Of a stretch of DNA of 64,000 nt, positions 18,459 to 37,340 are shown piece by piece. The DNA is from the human T2T-CHM13v2.0 reference genome, Homo sapiens. The position numbers and the translations under genes are program-made. The DNA is taken from the NCBI RefSeq assembly GCF_009914755.1, contig NC_060933.1; one strand, given 5' to 3'. Position 1 is the first letter of the stretch; the number at the start of each line of letters is the position of its first letter. The notes beneath the pieces were generated by a model that ran no database searches, had not been told where the DNA came from, and saw only the letters and a list, made by a program, of their open reading frames with translations.

Positions 18459-18797
18459 CTAAACTGCTGCTGTTTATTCCAGTGGTATGATAATAGAACT
18501 TGATCATGTTTATACAGGTCAATGTTTTTTGGCGTTACTTCATATGGGAGTAAGCCCCATAAAGTGAATTCAAGTGTGTGTGGGTGGATGTTATTAGCTG
18601 CTGACACTGCCTTGAAGATTTTCTGTTTGCTGCAGCTCTACACCATGGTGTAAAGATGGACCACTTTTCCCTTCTCCGGGTGTGAGGCAATTGAAATAGG
18701 CTGTATCTGGCTTTTTGCCTCACAGAGAATCTTGTGTGTAAACCAGCTGAGAAGGTGAAAAGTCAATTGCCCATGGCCAAAAGCTAAGCAGGCTTTC
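18459..18797 (-). ncRNA. Candidate terminal exon of a minus-strand non-coding transcript
   Basis: Acceptor ctctgtctttaAG before 18797; AATAAA at 18478-18473. Confidence 0.3.
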
Positions 18798-18998
18798 CTT
18801 AAAGACAGAGAAACTCTTTCCTACCACCTTCAGCCAAGGCATGAACGGGGTTATAGTCCTGGCCTCAAACAGTTCCAACAATTTAAAGGTTATAAAACGA
18901 TTAGCAAAAACAGTATGGCCAAAGAGGAAGACTGAAAAGCTTATACAACTCTAGGCTCTATCAGGTAAAGATGGTGTCTTTTTTAAAACCTACTCATA

Positions 18999-19374
<376 letters not shown>

Positions 19375-19775
19375 CTAATTAATAAGTCTTGTTTGCTGAT
19401 AAATGGAAAGGCATTCTCATACACATTATTGAGAATCCAGGAGGACTTGTGATTCAAGGTATAAAGTCGAAGGTGGAAACCAGAAAACAAGTCCTATGTG
19501 TTCTTGTTACGAAAAAAAAAAAAGACACATTTTTCAATAGCCAATTATTATAGTGACAATGTGTTACTAAAATAATAAGAAAACAAGGGTTAAAACTTTT
19601 CAGCAGAACTGGATTTTCAGTTAAATAGCTTTAATATAGCAAAATACAATATGTTCTCTGCAGGTGGATCTCTTGCTGTTTCAATCCTTTAAAAAAGGTA
19701 CAAAAAACATCTTTTCTAAAACTGAAAACTGATTGCAAGGGAGAGAAGAGACTCTCGTGTAAGAATTTGGCTCAC

Positions 19776-19939
19776 CTGCCAACTCACTGGTATATATAAT
19801 TCCAATAGATTAATCTGGCGTTTTGATTTGAAGACGCGAATGGAGAGATGTGTTTAGTGCTTACAATTGCACCTTCTCTCTGCATTCACCATAGACCTGT
19901 AGTAGAAAGCCATGCTCTCAGCCTGCACCTGCTCCACTC
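19776..19939 (-). ncRNA. Candidate internal non-coding exon (164 nt)
   Basis: Acceptor ttcttactctAG and strong donor CAG|gtgagc. Confidence 0.35.
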
Positions 19940-20171
19940 CTAGAGTAAGAATTTTTTGGCCAAATTTAGGACAGTTAGTGTCAGCTAACCATGTTGTCTC
20001 CACTAGTCCCACTGTGTTGCAGGAATGTGGAGACACAAAGCTGCGCAGATGGCTGTCAGCAAGATCCTACCTGCTTTAGTTCTCAGTGCCAAGGAGATCC
20101 TATAGTGAGTGATGGCTCATAGGATTGAATTATAAGATAAACTCAGAAAGTTATTTGAAAATGTTAAGTGT

Positions 20172-20483
<312 letters not shown>

Positions 20484-20868
20484 GTAAGTGTAACTTCAGT
20501 TCCCCAAACTGGTCCGTCTTTTCCTTCCTTTTTTTTCTTTTTGATGGACAATTTCAAGAAATAAAGAAATAAAATGTTACAGACATGTTTGAAGTTCCTT
20601 CCAATTTTATTTCCTTCCTTTCCCCTGAATTTGGTGTTTATTAATCCCATACAAGCTTTTTATATTTTCTACATAAAAGTGTCCATAATCAATAACTAGT
20701 ATTCTTTTGTATGTTCCAAACTTTATATGTGGTATCATACTGACACTGTAGACATCATTCTGTAACTTGCTCTTGCACAAATTATGTTTCTGAGATTTAT
20801 ACATGTTGATAATGCAGTTACTCATTTTCTTTATAATATTCATTTTCTTTGTAATTTCATTTGCAAGT

Positions 20869-21267
<399 letters not shown>

Positions 21268-21475
21268 TCATCATCATGAATGTCATGAATATTTTTGACA
21301 TGTCCTTTTATGCATATATACAAGAGCTTCTCTAGAATGTATGCCCAGAGTGAACTTGCTTTGCAATCTTGACTTTTATGATATTGCCAAACAGAATCAA
21401 GTTACATTAACATCAATAGTAGATGAGATTTTCTGTGGCTCAACATCTTTAACATTACATATATAAAAATTTCTC

Positions 21476-21911
<436 letters not shown>

Positions 21912-22140
21912 TTATTGTTCTTTTAAATGTTTCCAATCAAATAAGTGTGAAACAATTTTTTGTTGTTTTAATTAGTATTTTTCCATGATTACCAGTGAGG
22001 ATAAAAATCTTCTCACATTAGCCATTCAAAGTTCCTCTTCCAGGAATTGCCAAATTATGTCTTTTTTCATTTGATATTGTATCATTAAAATGTATCACTT
22101 GTCTTTGTCTTATTGATGTATATAATGTTAAATGTTCTGA

Positions 22141-22601
<461 letters not shown>

Positions 22602-22927
22602 TAAAGCTTTTGCATGTCTTTTTTTTTTTTAACCACTGTAAGTGGTATCTTTTATCAAATTAATGTTGGTCCTTTGTTGGTGGTGATAGAAATAAAATTG
22701 ATTATTGTACAATTGCAGTTTTTTCTCCCAGCTGTTCTCACTTAAAAGGGTTAGTAATTTGTTAGTTATCTTGAAATTTTCTTGTACACAATAACATTGT
22801 CTTATATCTTACAACTTCCTGTCTTACTGCGGGTGGAGGGGGGGCTAGGACTTGATAAATTAAATGTATAATAGAAAAGCAAGTAGCCAGAAGGCTTGTT
22901 CTATTCCTGATTATAAAGAGAACTTCT

Positions 22928-23500
22928 GGCCCAGAGCAGTGGCTCACACCTATAATCCCAGCACTTTGGGAGGCCGAGGCGGGGAGATCACTTGAGGCCA
23001 GGAGTTCCAGACCAGTTTGGCCAAAATAGAGAAACTTCAACAATTAGTCTGGCATGGTGGCCCATGCCTGTAATCCCAGCTATTTGGAAGGCTGAGGCAT
23101 GAGAGAATCACTTGAATCTGGGAGGCAGAGTTTGCAGTGAGCTAAGATCCCACCAATGCACTCTAGCCTGGGCAACAGAGTGAGACTCCATCTCAAAAAA
23201 AAAAAAAAAGAAGAACATTTGAGAATCACGCCTATAATCCTAGCACTTTGGGAGGCTGAGGCCAGTGGATCACAAGGTCAGGAGTTTGAGACGAGCCTGG
23301 CCAACATGGTGAAAGCCCGTCTCTACTAAAGATACAAAAAATCACACAGGTGTGGTGGCGTGCATCTGTAATCTCAGATACTCAGGAGGCTGAGGCAGGA
23401 GAATCACTTGAACCCAGGAGGTGGAGCCGAGATCGCGCCATTGCACTCCAGCCTGAGCAACAGGGCGAGACTGTATCTCAAAAAAAAAAAAAAAAAAAGG
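22928..23500 (+). mobile_element. Two head-to-tail AluS-type SINEs (22928-23210, 23226-23500)
   Basis: Two dimers, each with poly-A. Confidence 0.9.
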
Positions 23501-24433
23501 AAAAATCTAAATATTACTAAATATCGCAAGTATTGCTTCCTCCCTTTTAATGTTTCACAGTGTATGGGGGGTTTGTTCAGAACACAATAGCTGCTCTAGT
23601 GATCAAAATCACTATACATCAACTATTATTTCAATTTTTCAGTATGCCTATTGCTGGGCTGCCCCACACAAAGAACAAATAAAAAATTATGTATCTTGTT
23701 AACTTTTGCCAAGTTGGCCAATTTCATGTTATCCATAAATGCCACACTAAAGAGAGTGAACACACACATGGTCATAAAACAGCAGGCTGAAGCTAACTCC
23801 AAAAACAAAGAAAAAATCCAACGCTAAACCATTCTGCATTTAAGTTCCCAAATGACTCCCATGGAGGCCCTTAAATTGTATTTGTTTGGAAAAAACAAAC
23901 AAACAAAAACAAAAGGAGTTCATCGTTAGCATGTGGAGGATGTTCATTAGCGGCTGTAAGAAATCACGGTCTAAACTACACCGTTCAAGAAACCCACTAC
24001 AGTCGTGCAGACCAATAGCACTATTCTAGAAGGTAGCTATCCCTCGTGCCCTCTAAGAACCATCGTTTTGCATCGTTAGCAAGAAGCAAAGAGTAGATCT
24101 TAAACCTCTTTAAACTTCTCTGCGTCCTATTCAAAAATTAGGATACCACTTAACTCTGCACTTTAAAAAAGGATTTCAAGTGTGCTGCATTTTAAAGACA
24201 CTTCATTACAAAAGTTAGAAAATTAAAGTATAAAACTTATCAAAACAAGTTTTTACGTTTTCAGGATGATTCACTGCAGAATTTCTTTAAACAGACTCCC
24301 CTCTTTTTTGTGTGTTGAGTCTTTAGGGAAAATAAGTGATAGTAAACATCAACCACAGACACCTGCAAACTAGGAAAAAAAATAGGGTTGCTTGGACATG
24401 GTAGGGAAAATAATTTATTTTCACAGAAATTTA

Positions 24434-24858
<425 letters not shown>

Positions 24859-24899
24859 TCAGAGGTTATTTCAACTGTGCTGTTTGCTAGTTCAGGTAC

Positions 24900-25400
24900 A
24901 ACAGGCAAGACAGAAAGATGCCACCGCTCTCTCCACCCTCCCAGCGCCGGATCACAGAGCGCAGACCATGCACCCAGCCTTCCACACACGTCGCGATCTC
25001 GCCGCTTTAAGCTGCTGGGTACCCTCGGCCCGCCCACAAGAAGGCGGGGCGGCGCGGGGTCTGCTGGGAGTTGTAGTTTCGGGCCGGGCCCGAGAGCTTC
25101 TTGACTCGTTTCCTTCTACCCCCACCGCCGCACAGCTGCCTATGGACTCTGGAGTTGCTGTGTATTGAGCATGGGGCACAGCCGGGGGTAAAAGGGGAGA
25201 AGGCTCCTTTAATCTGCGGATCGGGGCGCCGTTGATGAGTGTTAGAGGTGTTGGAACGCAGAGTAAGCGGCGCGCATGCGCGGCTGCCGGAGGTGGGGGC
25301 CGCTCCTCCCGTGCCACTCAGGGGCTGGCTGCTGCCTTAGGGCTGACTGGGCTCATAGGTAGGGCCTGCGGTGCAAGTTTGTGATAACACTGCCTGTAGG
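24900..25400. promoter_or_regulatory. CpG-island promoter, probably bidirectional (ZNF143, GC boxes, NRF1)
   Basis: High CpG density in non-Alu DNA; ZNF143 SBS AACTACAACTCCCAGCA on - strand (25062-25078); GC boxes 25029-25052; NRF1 GCGCATGCGC 25272-25281; TCGCGA 24991-24996. Confidence 0.85.
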
Positions 25401-26304
25401 CTGCGGTTGTTAAGGCAGAGATTTGAAGGGGGTCGGTTGGGGGTGCTGGGTAGTGTCAGTAATCAAGGGTTTTAATCGCTACTCCATCCTGGCTTTCGGG
25501 AACCTCCCACCTCCTACCCTTTCCCAGTTTGCAGAATTGCAGCTTTCCCCATCCCCCACCCCGATCGCTTCGTGGGAAGCCTTTCCATACTGTGTTGTGA
25601 AATCCGTTAGACCTCAGCCAAGGCCTTTTAGCCCGCCTGGAATTCAAGCTGCCCCCTCCTTGCCAAATCCAGATCATGCGAGACAACAAAAGGCTTGAGG
25701 CACAAGCCCTACAAGGCAGTGCCCCTGCCAGTTCTCCTAAACTTATTGTTTACCCTGCCCTCTTCTTCCCCTGCAAATTCAGACAGCCAGGCGATAGATT
25801 AGATAAATAGATTCCATGTCCTTACATTTGCAACAGGCTTTCATAGATTCCTTTGCTCTGGAAGGTGGCATCATTATACAAAAGGACAAGTGAGAACACA
25901 CGAATGTAATCAGTGGCAGAACCCTGGGACTGAACCCTACAGGAGTTCTAAGTCTATTGTTTCTCCTACCACTTCACAAATGTGTCAGAAAGAGCTGAAT
26001 GAGGTGACCAGCTGCACCTGACGCTAGCTGGCTTTCGGAATGCTCAGGCCCTGGGCCCTTGGCTCACCACAACCACTCTTAAATTGACTAACAATTGCCC
26101 CTTAGTGAGTGACCTCTCCAGCAAGCCCGGAGGATTTTGCCCAGGGTAATGTTTCACATTGAGCACATACTTTGTGCTGGGCCCTGGAAAGGATGTACAT
26201 CAGATCTTAAGTTAAAAGTTTCCTTTCCCCCAAGGAGACCAGGCTGTCCTATCAAGTATTCTGTATTTCCCAAAGGATAGTATTAGCCACACTTTGTTAT
26301 ATGA

Positions 26305-26633
<329 letters not shown>

Positions 26634-26817
26634 TGCCTGCCTTGCTTGAGAAGCTGCAGCACTATTTTGTTCACCATTGTATTAGCAGTGCTAACATATA
26701 GTGGCCTTTTCATACATGTCAAATAGACATATAAATGATGAATGCATGAGTCCAGTGTCTGACCTTCATGTCTGTGCCCAGAGTCTGTTGGGAGAGGTGG
26801 AGATGAAAATAGAGGTA

Positions 26818-27227
<410 letters not shown>

Positions 27228-27369
27228 CTAATGGGGGCTCTCTGCTAAGCTTTGGAATTGTCCATTATTGTATTAGCATATAAGAAGTTATCACACCAAA
27301 GGCTCCCCATGAGCCTTGCCTGGGAAAGGGACTGATTATTTAAGAGCCAACCAGCACAGGTACGGAGAT

Positions 27370-27600
27370 GCTACCCTCTTCTAGGTGGTCATCTGGAGAA
27401 GCTGTGCTTTCCAGGGACTCTGGATTTCTTCAAATATCCTTGGAATGCTCCTTGTGGAAATGGCTTTTGAATCTACAGCACATTCTTTTGGACCTCCTCA
27501 GCACAGGAACATCTCGTTCCTTTAGGGATTTGATAGTTGGGAAGAGCCAGAAGTCACTTGGCTGGAGGTCTAGAGTATGAGGAAGATGATCATGCTGCAT
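27370..27600 (-). mobile_element. Degenerate mariner transposase C-terminal fossil (MARNA/HSMAR2-like)
   Basis: HLPHTLDLQPSDFWLFPTIK resembles mariner HPPYSPDLAPSDFxLF; downstream EVQKNVL*IQKPFPQGAFQGY and ASPDDHLEE resemble the mariner C-terminus; frameshifts and a stop are present. Confidence 0.7.
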
Positions 27601-27704
27601 AATAGCTGCTGTTGAAATTTGAAGGAAGGAGTTAGTATGCTGACATAGGGCAAGAGTTCTCATCCTGGAGTGTGTGGAAGTTTTTAAGTATATGTGTATT
27701 TTTG

Positions 27705-28034
<330 letters not shown>

Positions 28035-28498
28035 TAGCTTTAACAGATTTTCCCCAAGGACTCCATGATTCAAAGAAATGAACAACTACTGCTATAGATT
28101 CAGGAGATCTTAGGAATTCTTAGGAGAATCCTAAGAAATCTTAGGATTTCTTCTGTGGCTTGTAAAGTGGCTCTGAAGGAAAGTCATGTCTTAGGAAAGC
28201 AGAGGATAGGTTTCAGCTGTGCCTGCAATTGGAAATGTTGTCTCAGTGGGTTTCAAAGCTCCAGAGCCTTGGTGACCCCACATACGAAGTGAAGAGTAGA
28301 ACTGGGTAGGTGGTGTCTATGGGTCTGACTGTGACCCCATGAAATTCCAACAAAGGAATTTCAGAAATGTTCTTCCAAGATAGTGGAATCCCTGGACTAG
28401 GCATGTAATGCAAACTTCCCAGGTGACTCAAATGACGGCCCCAATTTGGATGCTTGTTAGTAGTGTGTGTAAGGAGGCAGACCTGGTCTTATTTCTCA

Positions 28499-29041
<543 letters not shown>

Positions 29042-29589
29042 CTAATTTCATAAAACTCTGAGTACCCAAGAGTCACCCTTGAAGAGGAGAAAGGGATGGA
29101 AGGAGGACCCCTCCCCCATGTTGTACAATGAGCAGAGTCAGGGCAGAAACACAGAGTTCGCTGAGATTAGAGACATGTGAAGAGCCGCCTTCACAGGCTC
29201 TCACCTCTCCCTGATTGTATGTACGTGGGCTTTTTGCTTCTTTGCTTTTCGCTCAAGCTGTTGACTCTGAAATTTCTTCTCTCCATTATTTTCACCTGCA
29301 AAATCCATTCTGAGGAATGCTGTTTCTTCTTAACAAGTTCCTGCACATTACTTAAAACTCTCAGATATGTACTCCACCAGGAACCTTTCCCTGAGATTCC
29401 ATCCACACCCTGCACTCAGTTGTTTACCTGCTCCTCTGAGTGGTCATTATACCTTGACATTCCATTCTTTCAGCTGAAGGGCTCTAAAACCTCGCACCAT
29501 TTGGCCACCCTCTGTCTCTGGTACATCTCTACTCTTCTTATTCCAGCCATGTTGGTACAACCTGCCTCAGATACTCTTCCTCCTGCCTC

Positions 29590-30060
29590 TCTATAATTAC
29601 CTGAAAAGCTCCTTCGTCCTGTAATACTCCCTCTGTTGTGTTCTCTACAGAAGCTTTCTCTGACCCCAGAAAGAGTTTATTGCCCTTCACCCTCTATCTT
29701 GAGACTTTGCAATTTTTTTTAACATACCTATCACAGCACTGAACACACTACTTTACATAGAAACGTTCTGTTTATACACCTATCATCTGAGCTAGACTGT
29801 GGGTTCCTTTACCACAGAGACCTTTCTTCTCACCACTCTTGAGCTTGGGACTTAATAGATACTCATTAAATGTTGAATAAATGAATTAATGAATATTATT
29901 GTTTGTCTACATGTGTGTTCCTCCTACTTTTTTATGAAGTCTTTGAGGCTAGGAATAATGGCTTACTTATATCTTATTCCTGATAGCTAACTTAGTGCCT
30001 GGTATATAGTAGGTGCCCAATAAATATTTTCATTGGATATACATGGATGAATGAATAAAG
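29590..30060 (+). mobile_element. L2 LINE 3'-end fragments
   Basis: agtgcctgg..tagtaggtgcccaataaatatt...gaatgaat tails. Confidence 0.75.
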
Positions 30061-30451
30061 TCTTTTGTTAGTATCTCCAACCTGATATATCCTTTCCCTC
30101 CTTTGAAACCTCAAGCGCCTGGTGTTTCTCCTGTGGTACTTTCTTTAGCTTGGACTTCTCTCATTGTCTAATCCCCGCCAGTTGATGGTCAGCTCTTTGA
30201 GGCGGGAGCTGGGCCTTACTTCCCTTGGTGTCCCCTGAGAGTCTGTCACAGCATGGGGCATATAGCGGGTGCTCCAAGTTGAACTGTTCTGAGAAAAATG
30301 AAAGTATCTGTGATTCAGAGCCACCATTCCAGCAATGAGAGTCCCAACAGCTATACATATTGAATATCTTAATAACACCACTTTGCTTCATGCACAATTA
30401 ATGTTGCCAAACTCTGGGTGATACAGGCAGGCAAAGTTGAAAAGACCACAT

Positions 30452-30752
<301 letters not shown>

Positions 30753-31229
30753 TGAAAAGACCATATTATTTCATATTTGTTTTAGCTGTAATGCTCTGTA
30801 CTCGTTGGTGCTCAGTCAATATAATTTTAAATAAATAAGGACATGAGGCCATCTAAGTATGGATGAGCCCCAGAGTCCAAAAGCATAGCAGAAAGATGAA
30901 AATCACATCAGCCCCTGAGGAGAAATGAGAAAGTAGCCCCGTGCATTCCCCTTCAGGGTAGTGGCTTTAAAAGAATTGAAAAACTTGTTTTTCTCCATAA
31001 AAGTCTTGAGTGCAAACATGTAGTTGAAAACTATACACTTTGAACTTCAAAACGTTAAGGTTCCTGTAATCTGGCCATAGCTAAATAGAGAAGAGCAATC
31101 CTCAAGATTAGAATCTCTCAGTTGTGGGGAGTTTTCATGTTGGCTTTTTGCCTGGGCAATCATTCACTCTACTCCCTTCCTCTTTTTCCTCTTTCCTTCC
31201 TTTTTGTTTTTCTTTTATTCTGCCTATCT

Positions 31230-31450
31230 TTATTGAGTGTTAACTCTAAGCTAGGAACTCACTCTTCTAATTGCTTTATACTCATAATGTCTCACGAACC
31301 TCATGACAACTCTGTGATGTGGGTATTAGTATCTTCACATAAGGTATGACAAAACTGAGGCTCAGATTTAAGAACTTGCCTAGGGCCCCACAGCCAGTAA
31401 GTGCTGGGATCATATTTGAATCCAGGCTTCAAGTTCCAAAGTTTGTGTCT
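31230..31450 (-). mobile_element. MIR SINE
   Basis: aaactgaggctcag...acttgcc.agggc..cacagc motif. Confidence 0.8.
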
Positions 31451-32260
31451 TGTTACTTAATTCCTACATTATAAGTCCCCACTACACAGATCAGTGGTTC
31501 TTCTCTCACATGCCTTACAGACAGCTGGGAAGACAGACAAGTGGGTCAGACGTTAGCAAAGAGTAACTCTGGAACACAGAGAAGGTCATCTATGTCGGGG
31601 GCTGGGGGCGGGGAGGAGGATAGGCCATGGCTTCCCAGGAAAAGGGTCACTCAAATTGAGATCTGAAGGGTAAATGGGGGTTTGGTCAATCCAGACAGGA
31701 GCATCATCTGGACAGAGGTACAGCAAGTACAAAAACCCTGGGGAGTGGGATGCAGCCCAAAACATTCAAGGAACTGTGTTTCTTTGGGTAAAAATCTTAG
31801 TCGTTCTGTTTTCAAATCATTATTATTTTTTTTATAGCTCACAGTGGCTGTCTGTGCTTTTGTCCAAAAGTGCTGAAGTGTAAGGGTAAGTGGTCATCGA
31901 AATGAATTAAGGTTTTCATGTCGGTTTCAAATGCTTTTGAGATGACCAGTGCACTCTGATATCCAAATAACATAGCAAAGTGGTCAATGCCACGTGCCCT
32001 GCTGTTCCACCAAACTCAGAGAGCTGGGAAAGGGTGCTAGGATCCTTTAGGGACACAAAAATCCAAAATCCAGAAGGCAAAGGAATTATCATTTATCACT
32101 TGCACAGGATATGTAAGTAAATCATTTTATTCTCGTGATATCAGTCATGAAATTTGAACTCAATTAAAAAAGAAATGATTCCAGGAGTCTCCTCAAACAC
32201 TCAAATTATATTAAGATCTAAGGTAGTAGGTCCATGAGGATCCATTATACTATTCTCTGA

Positions 32261-32561
<301 letters not shown>

Positions 32562-32625
32562 GCTCCCTAATTGTGTATAAATTTTTCATAATAGTTTTCT
32601 TTTTAATTTTTAATAGACTGTTTTG

Positions 32626-32920
<295 letters not shown>

Positions 32921-33124
32921 GACATTTTTAGGGAAGTTTTAGGTTCACAGCAAAATTGAGCAGAAAGTACAGTGAGTTCCAATATGCTCCCTGGCCCTAC
33001 ACATGCACAGCCTCCTCCACTAGCAACATCTAGTATTGCAGTAGTTTTGTAAACAATATAATCTTTCAATCAGATACAGATTACAGGTGCTCTATGTATT
33101 TAACGAACGTACAGTGAGAATCTC

Positions 33125-34150
<1,026 letters not shown>

Positions 34151-35031
34151 GAGCAAGGGCGATGGGAGGATAAGGAATTTGCGAGGGCTTTATAGCTATT
34201 TTTTTTTTCTATTTCAAATAATAACCACTCTGTGCTAGGCACCATGGTAGGTAATTCACATTCAGTATCATAGACGCCCTCTTATCTGATGCAATAGGAA
34301 CTGGCGGCAGGTTGATTCCCATACAACCATGGCTCAACAGGCTTTAAAAAATTCCATTTACTGCCCTCTGTTATAATTTCTAGTGCACATTGTTTATTAC
34401 CTAGGTACCACCCATTGGCATATGGATTTATGAAGCTCAAAGTATTGTTTCCAAGTCCTATGCCACTTCTTTTTTCATGTGACTCACTAGGTAACTCCTA
34501 TACCATTTTTCCTCTCTCTGAACTATACCTACTCCATGGTAACAGGTTTAACAGGTTTATCTAGGCATCTTTCCCCTCCCATTTCATGGTCAGTTAAAGT
34601 CCTCTTTATCAGGTCTGGTGATCACTGGACAAGCATATTCTCAAACTCTTCATGGTAGAAGTTCATCTTCTTTGATCCATTATCCCAAATCCTCCATCCC
34701 ATTACAGTTCCATTTTTCTCTGGCCTTGCTTACGTTCCTAAGGCACTGCAGTAATTTGCCCACTGTTACAGAAATCAGTCCCCAAATTCTCACTTTCCAT
34801 TTCAAAGCCCTTATCAGAATAGACTATTGCATTATTTCCATCTTTATTCTAGACTGCCTCTCTATGTCTCTGAGGCCCTTCTGTTATTGATTCTCCTTAG
34901 CAGCAACCAAGAGCATACAGGATGTTTTCATGTATGTTGTCCCATTTAATCCTTACAACTCTCTTTAGTCCCTTTCCTCATGCCTGGCATATAATAGTCA
35001 TCTAAATATTTGTTGAATTAATGAATGAACT

Positions 35032-35352
35032 GGGCCAGGTGCAATGTATTCTCAGCACTTTGGGAGGCCAAGGCAGGGGAGGATTGTTTGAACTCAGGCA
35101 TTTGAGAACAGCCTGGGCAACATAGCTAGACCTGATGTCTACTAAGCATTTTTTGAAAGTTAGCCAGGCATGGTGGTGCACACCTATAGTGCCAGTTACT
35201 TGAGAGGCTGAGGAAGGAAGTGCACTTGAGCGTGGCGGGTCAAAGCTGTAGTGAGCTGTGATTGTGCCACTGCACTCCAGCCTGGATGACAGAATGAGAC
35301 CCTGTCTCAAAAAAACAAAAAAACCAAACCAAAACAAAACAAAACAAAAAAC
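35032..35352 (+). mobile_element. AluJ-type SINE
   Basis: Diverged dimer with (CAAAA)n tail. Confidence 0.88.
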
Positions 35353-35636
35353 AACTCTGTGTTGCTGGAAAAGCAAAGAATTTTTTGTTTGAAGAGAGAT
35401 CAGGCTCTAATTTCCATTTTAATAGTTTTAACATTTGTTTTCATAAATAACAGCCCATCTATAAACCGTTAATACTAATTTTTAACTATTTATTTATCAT
35501 AGTATAGTTGATTCTGTATGAATGACTGTACTATTAAGTATGAACTTCATACTCCTAAGTGAATTATTGTTTAAATTACAGGCAAGACTATACACTACTA
35601 GACAGTAACAATTTAAAATTAAAAAATAAAATAGTT

Positions 35637-35957
<321 letters not shown>

Positions 35958-36818
35958 TCATGGTATCGCCAAAACACACATTTAGAATTTTAACTTTGAC
36001 TGTACATTGAACATAGCTAGATGACTATTTTTATAATACTTTAATGCCTCTTCCAGGGTTGCATCAGACAGCATGTTTTTGCCTAGATAGTACCATATTA
36101 TTGTTTTGTGCATCTGGTTAGTACTTTATATTTACAAAATGCATGCCAATCATATTATTAGTATTTCAACAAAGCCCTACTGTGAGTTAGCTCAGCATTC
36201 CTGAAGACAAGCATAAAAAGAAGTATGCAGTTATCAAGAGGATGCTGACAGGGTTCAAGTGAAATATCGATGAACAATAATTCACTTTATTCAAAACAGA
36301 AGTTTCTCTAGATACATTTCAGCAGAACTGTCAAAACCTCTTTCTGTATCATTTGAATTTCCAGCCTTAGAAATGAACCCTAATTTTCAAAGAAATAAAT
36401 GATTATTTTATTGGATCTTACTTTCAATGTTACGGCTTATGTTACTACTTAAAACTTACACACACAAAGGTCTAAGTTTATGAAGGCAATGTTTAAATCA
36501 TTATTTCACATATGATAACTCACTTGCATTCTTAGCCAGAGAAACTTTTTGAAAGTCAGATTAAAGTAAAAATTAGATGATCTTGTGGGAGAGAATCAGA
36601 ATCATTCAACTTAATGGATTTGGGAGGGCCGCAAATTGCCTGGAATTTGCCAGCTTAAAGATGAAATTTTAGTTAATTAGCCCAAAACACTTACCTATCA
36701 TTACCTACATACAGACCAGCATAGTCCAAGAACCTGATCTAACTCAAGAGACGGCCCCAGTCCATAAAGGACTCAAAGAAAGAGAGGAGCAAACACAAAT
36801 GAATGAAGTGAAATTATT

Positions 36819-37340
36819 TGTATCAGTTAGGGATTGTATTTGGCTGCCCAAACTTCCCCACACCTCAATCTTGGACTTCCATGAACTGTGAGTCGTTTAT
36901 GCCACTCAGTCTGTGGTATTTTATTACAGCAGCCCTAACAAACCGATACACCCTGTTGATTTGCTTTGACAGGCCACTCCACATGTGGCCTCAGTTTCAT
37001 GATTCAAGGTGGAGGCTCTACCTCCAGCCTCTCATCCTTGTTTCAGACAAAAAGAAGCAGAAACACGCTAAGAAGGAAGGGGACGACAACACAGACATCA
37101 GAAAAACAAGACTTTCTGGTGACTTCCCAGCAGACTTTCTCGTAGCTTCAGTGGCAAACCTGAGTCACAGAGTCTTCCACCCCACTCCCACTCCTGCCCA
37201 GCACTGTGGGAAATGGGGAGTAATGTTTCTTTTTTAAAAAATAAAAACTAGGCATATTGCCATCCCAAACAAAACTAAAGCTCTGCTAACAATGAAGAAA
37301 GGACAAATAAATATTAGGTAGGCAACCAGCAATGTCTACC
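36819..37340. mobile_element. MaLR (MLT1-type) LTR fragments, one apparently nested in another
   Basis: MLT1 3' end (gtggtattttattacagcagccctaacaaaccgataca) at ~36850-36952 inside an older MLT-like segment. Confidence 0.6.

Noticed and set aside
18448-18797. Processed pseudogene (AATAAA followed by an A-run on the - strand)
   Set aside because: No TSD and no recognisable parent coding sequence; kept only as a candidate terminal exon.
23925-24075. Possible H/ACA snoRNA on the - strand (hairpin, AGAATA, terminal ACA)
   Set aside because: The H-box candidate lies inside the first stem and the second hairpin is weak; it matches no family I recognise.
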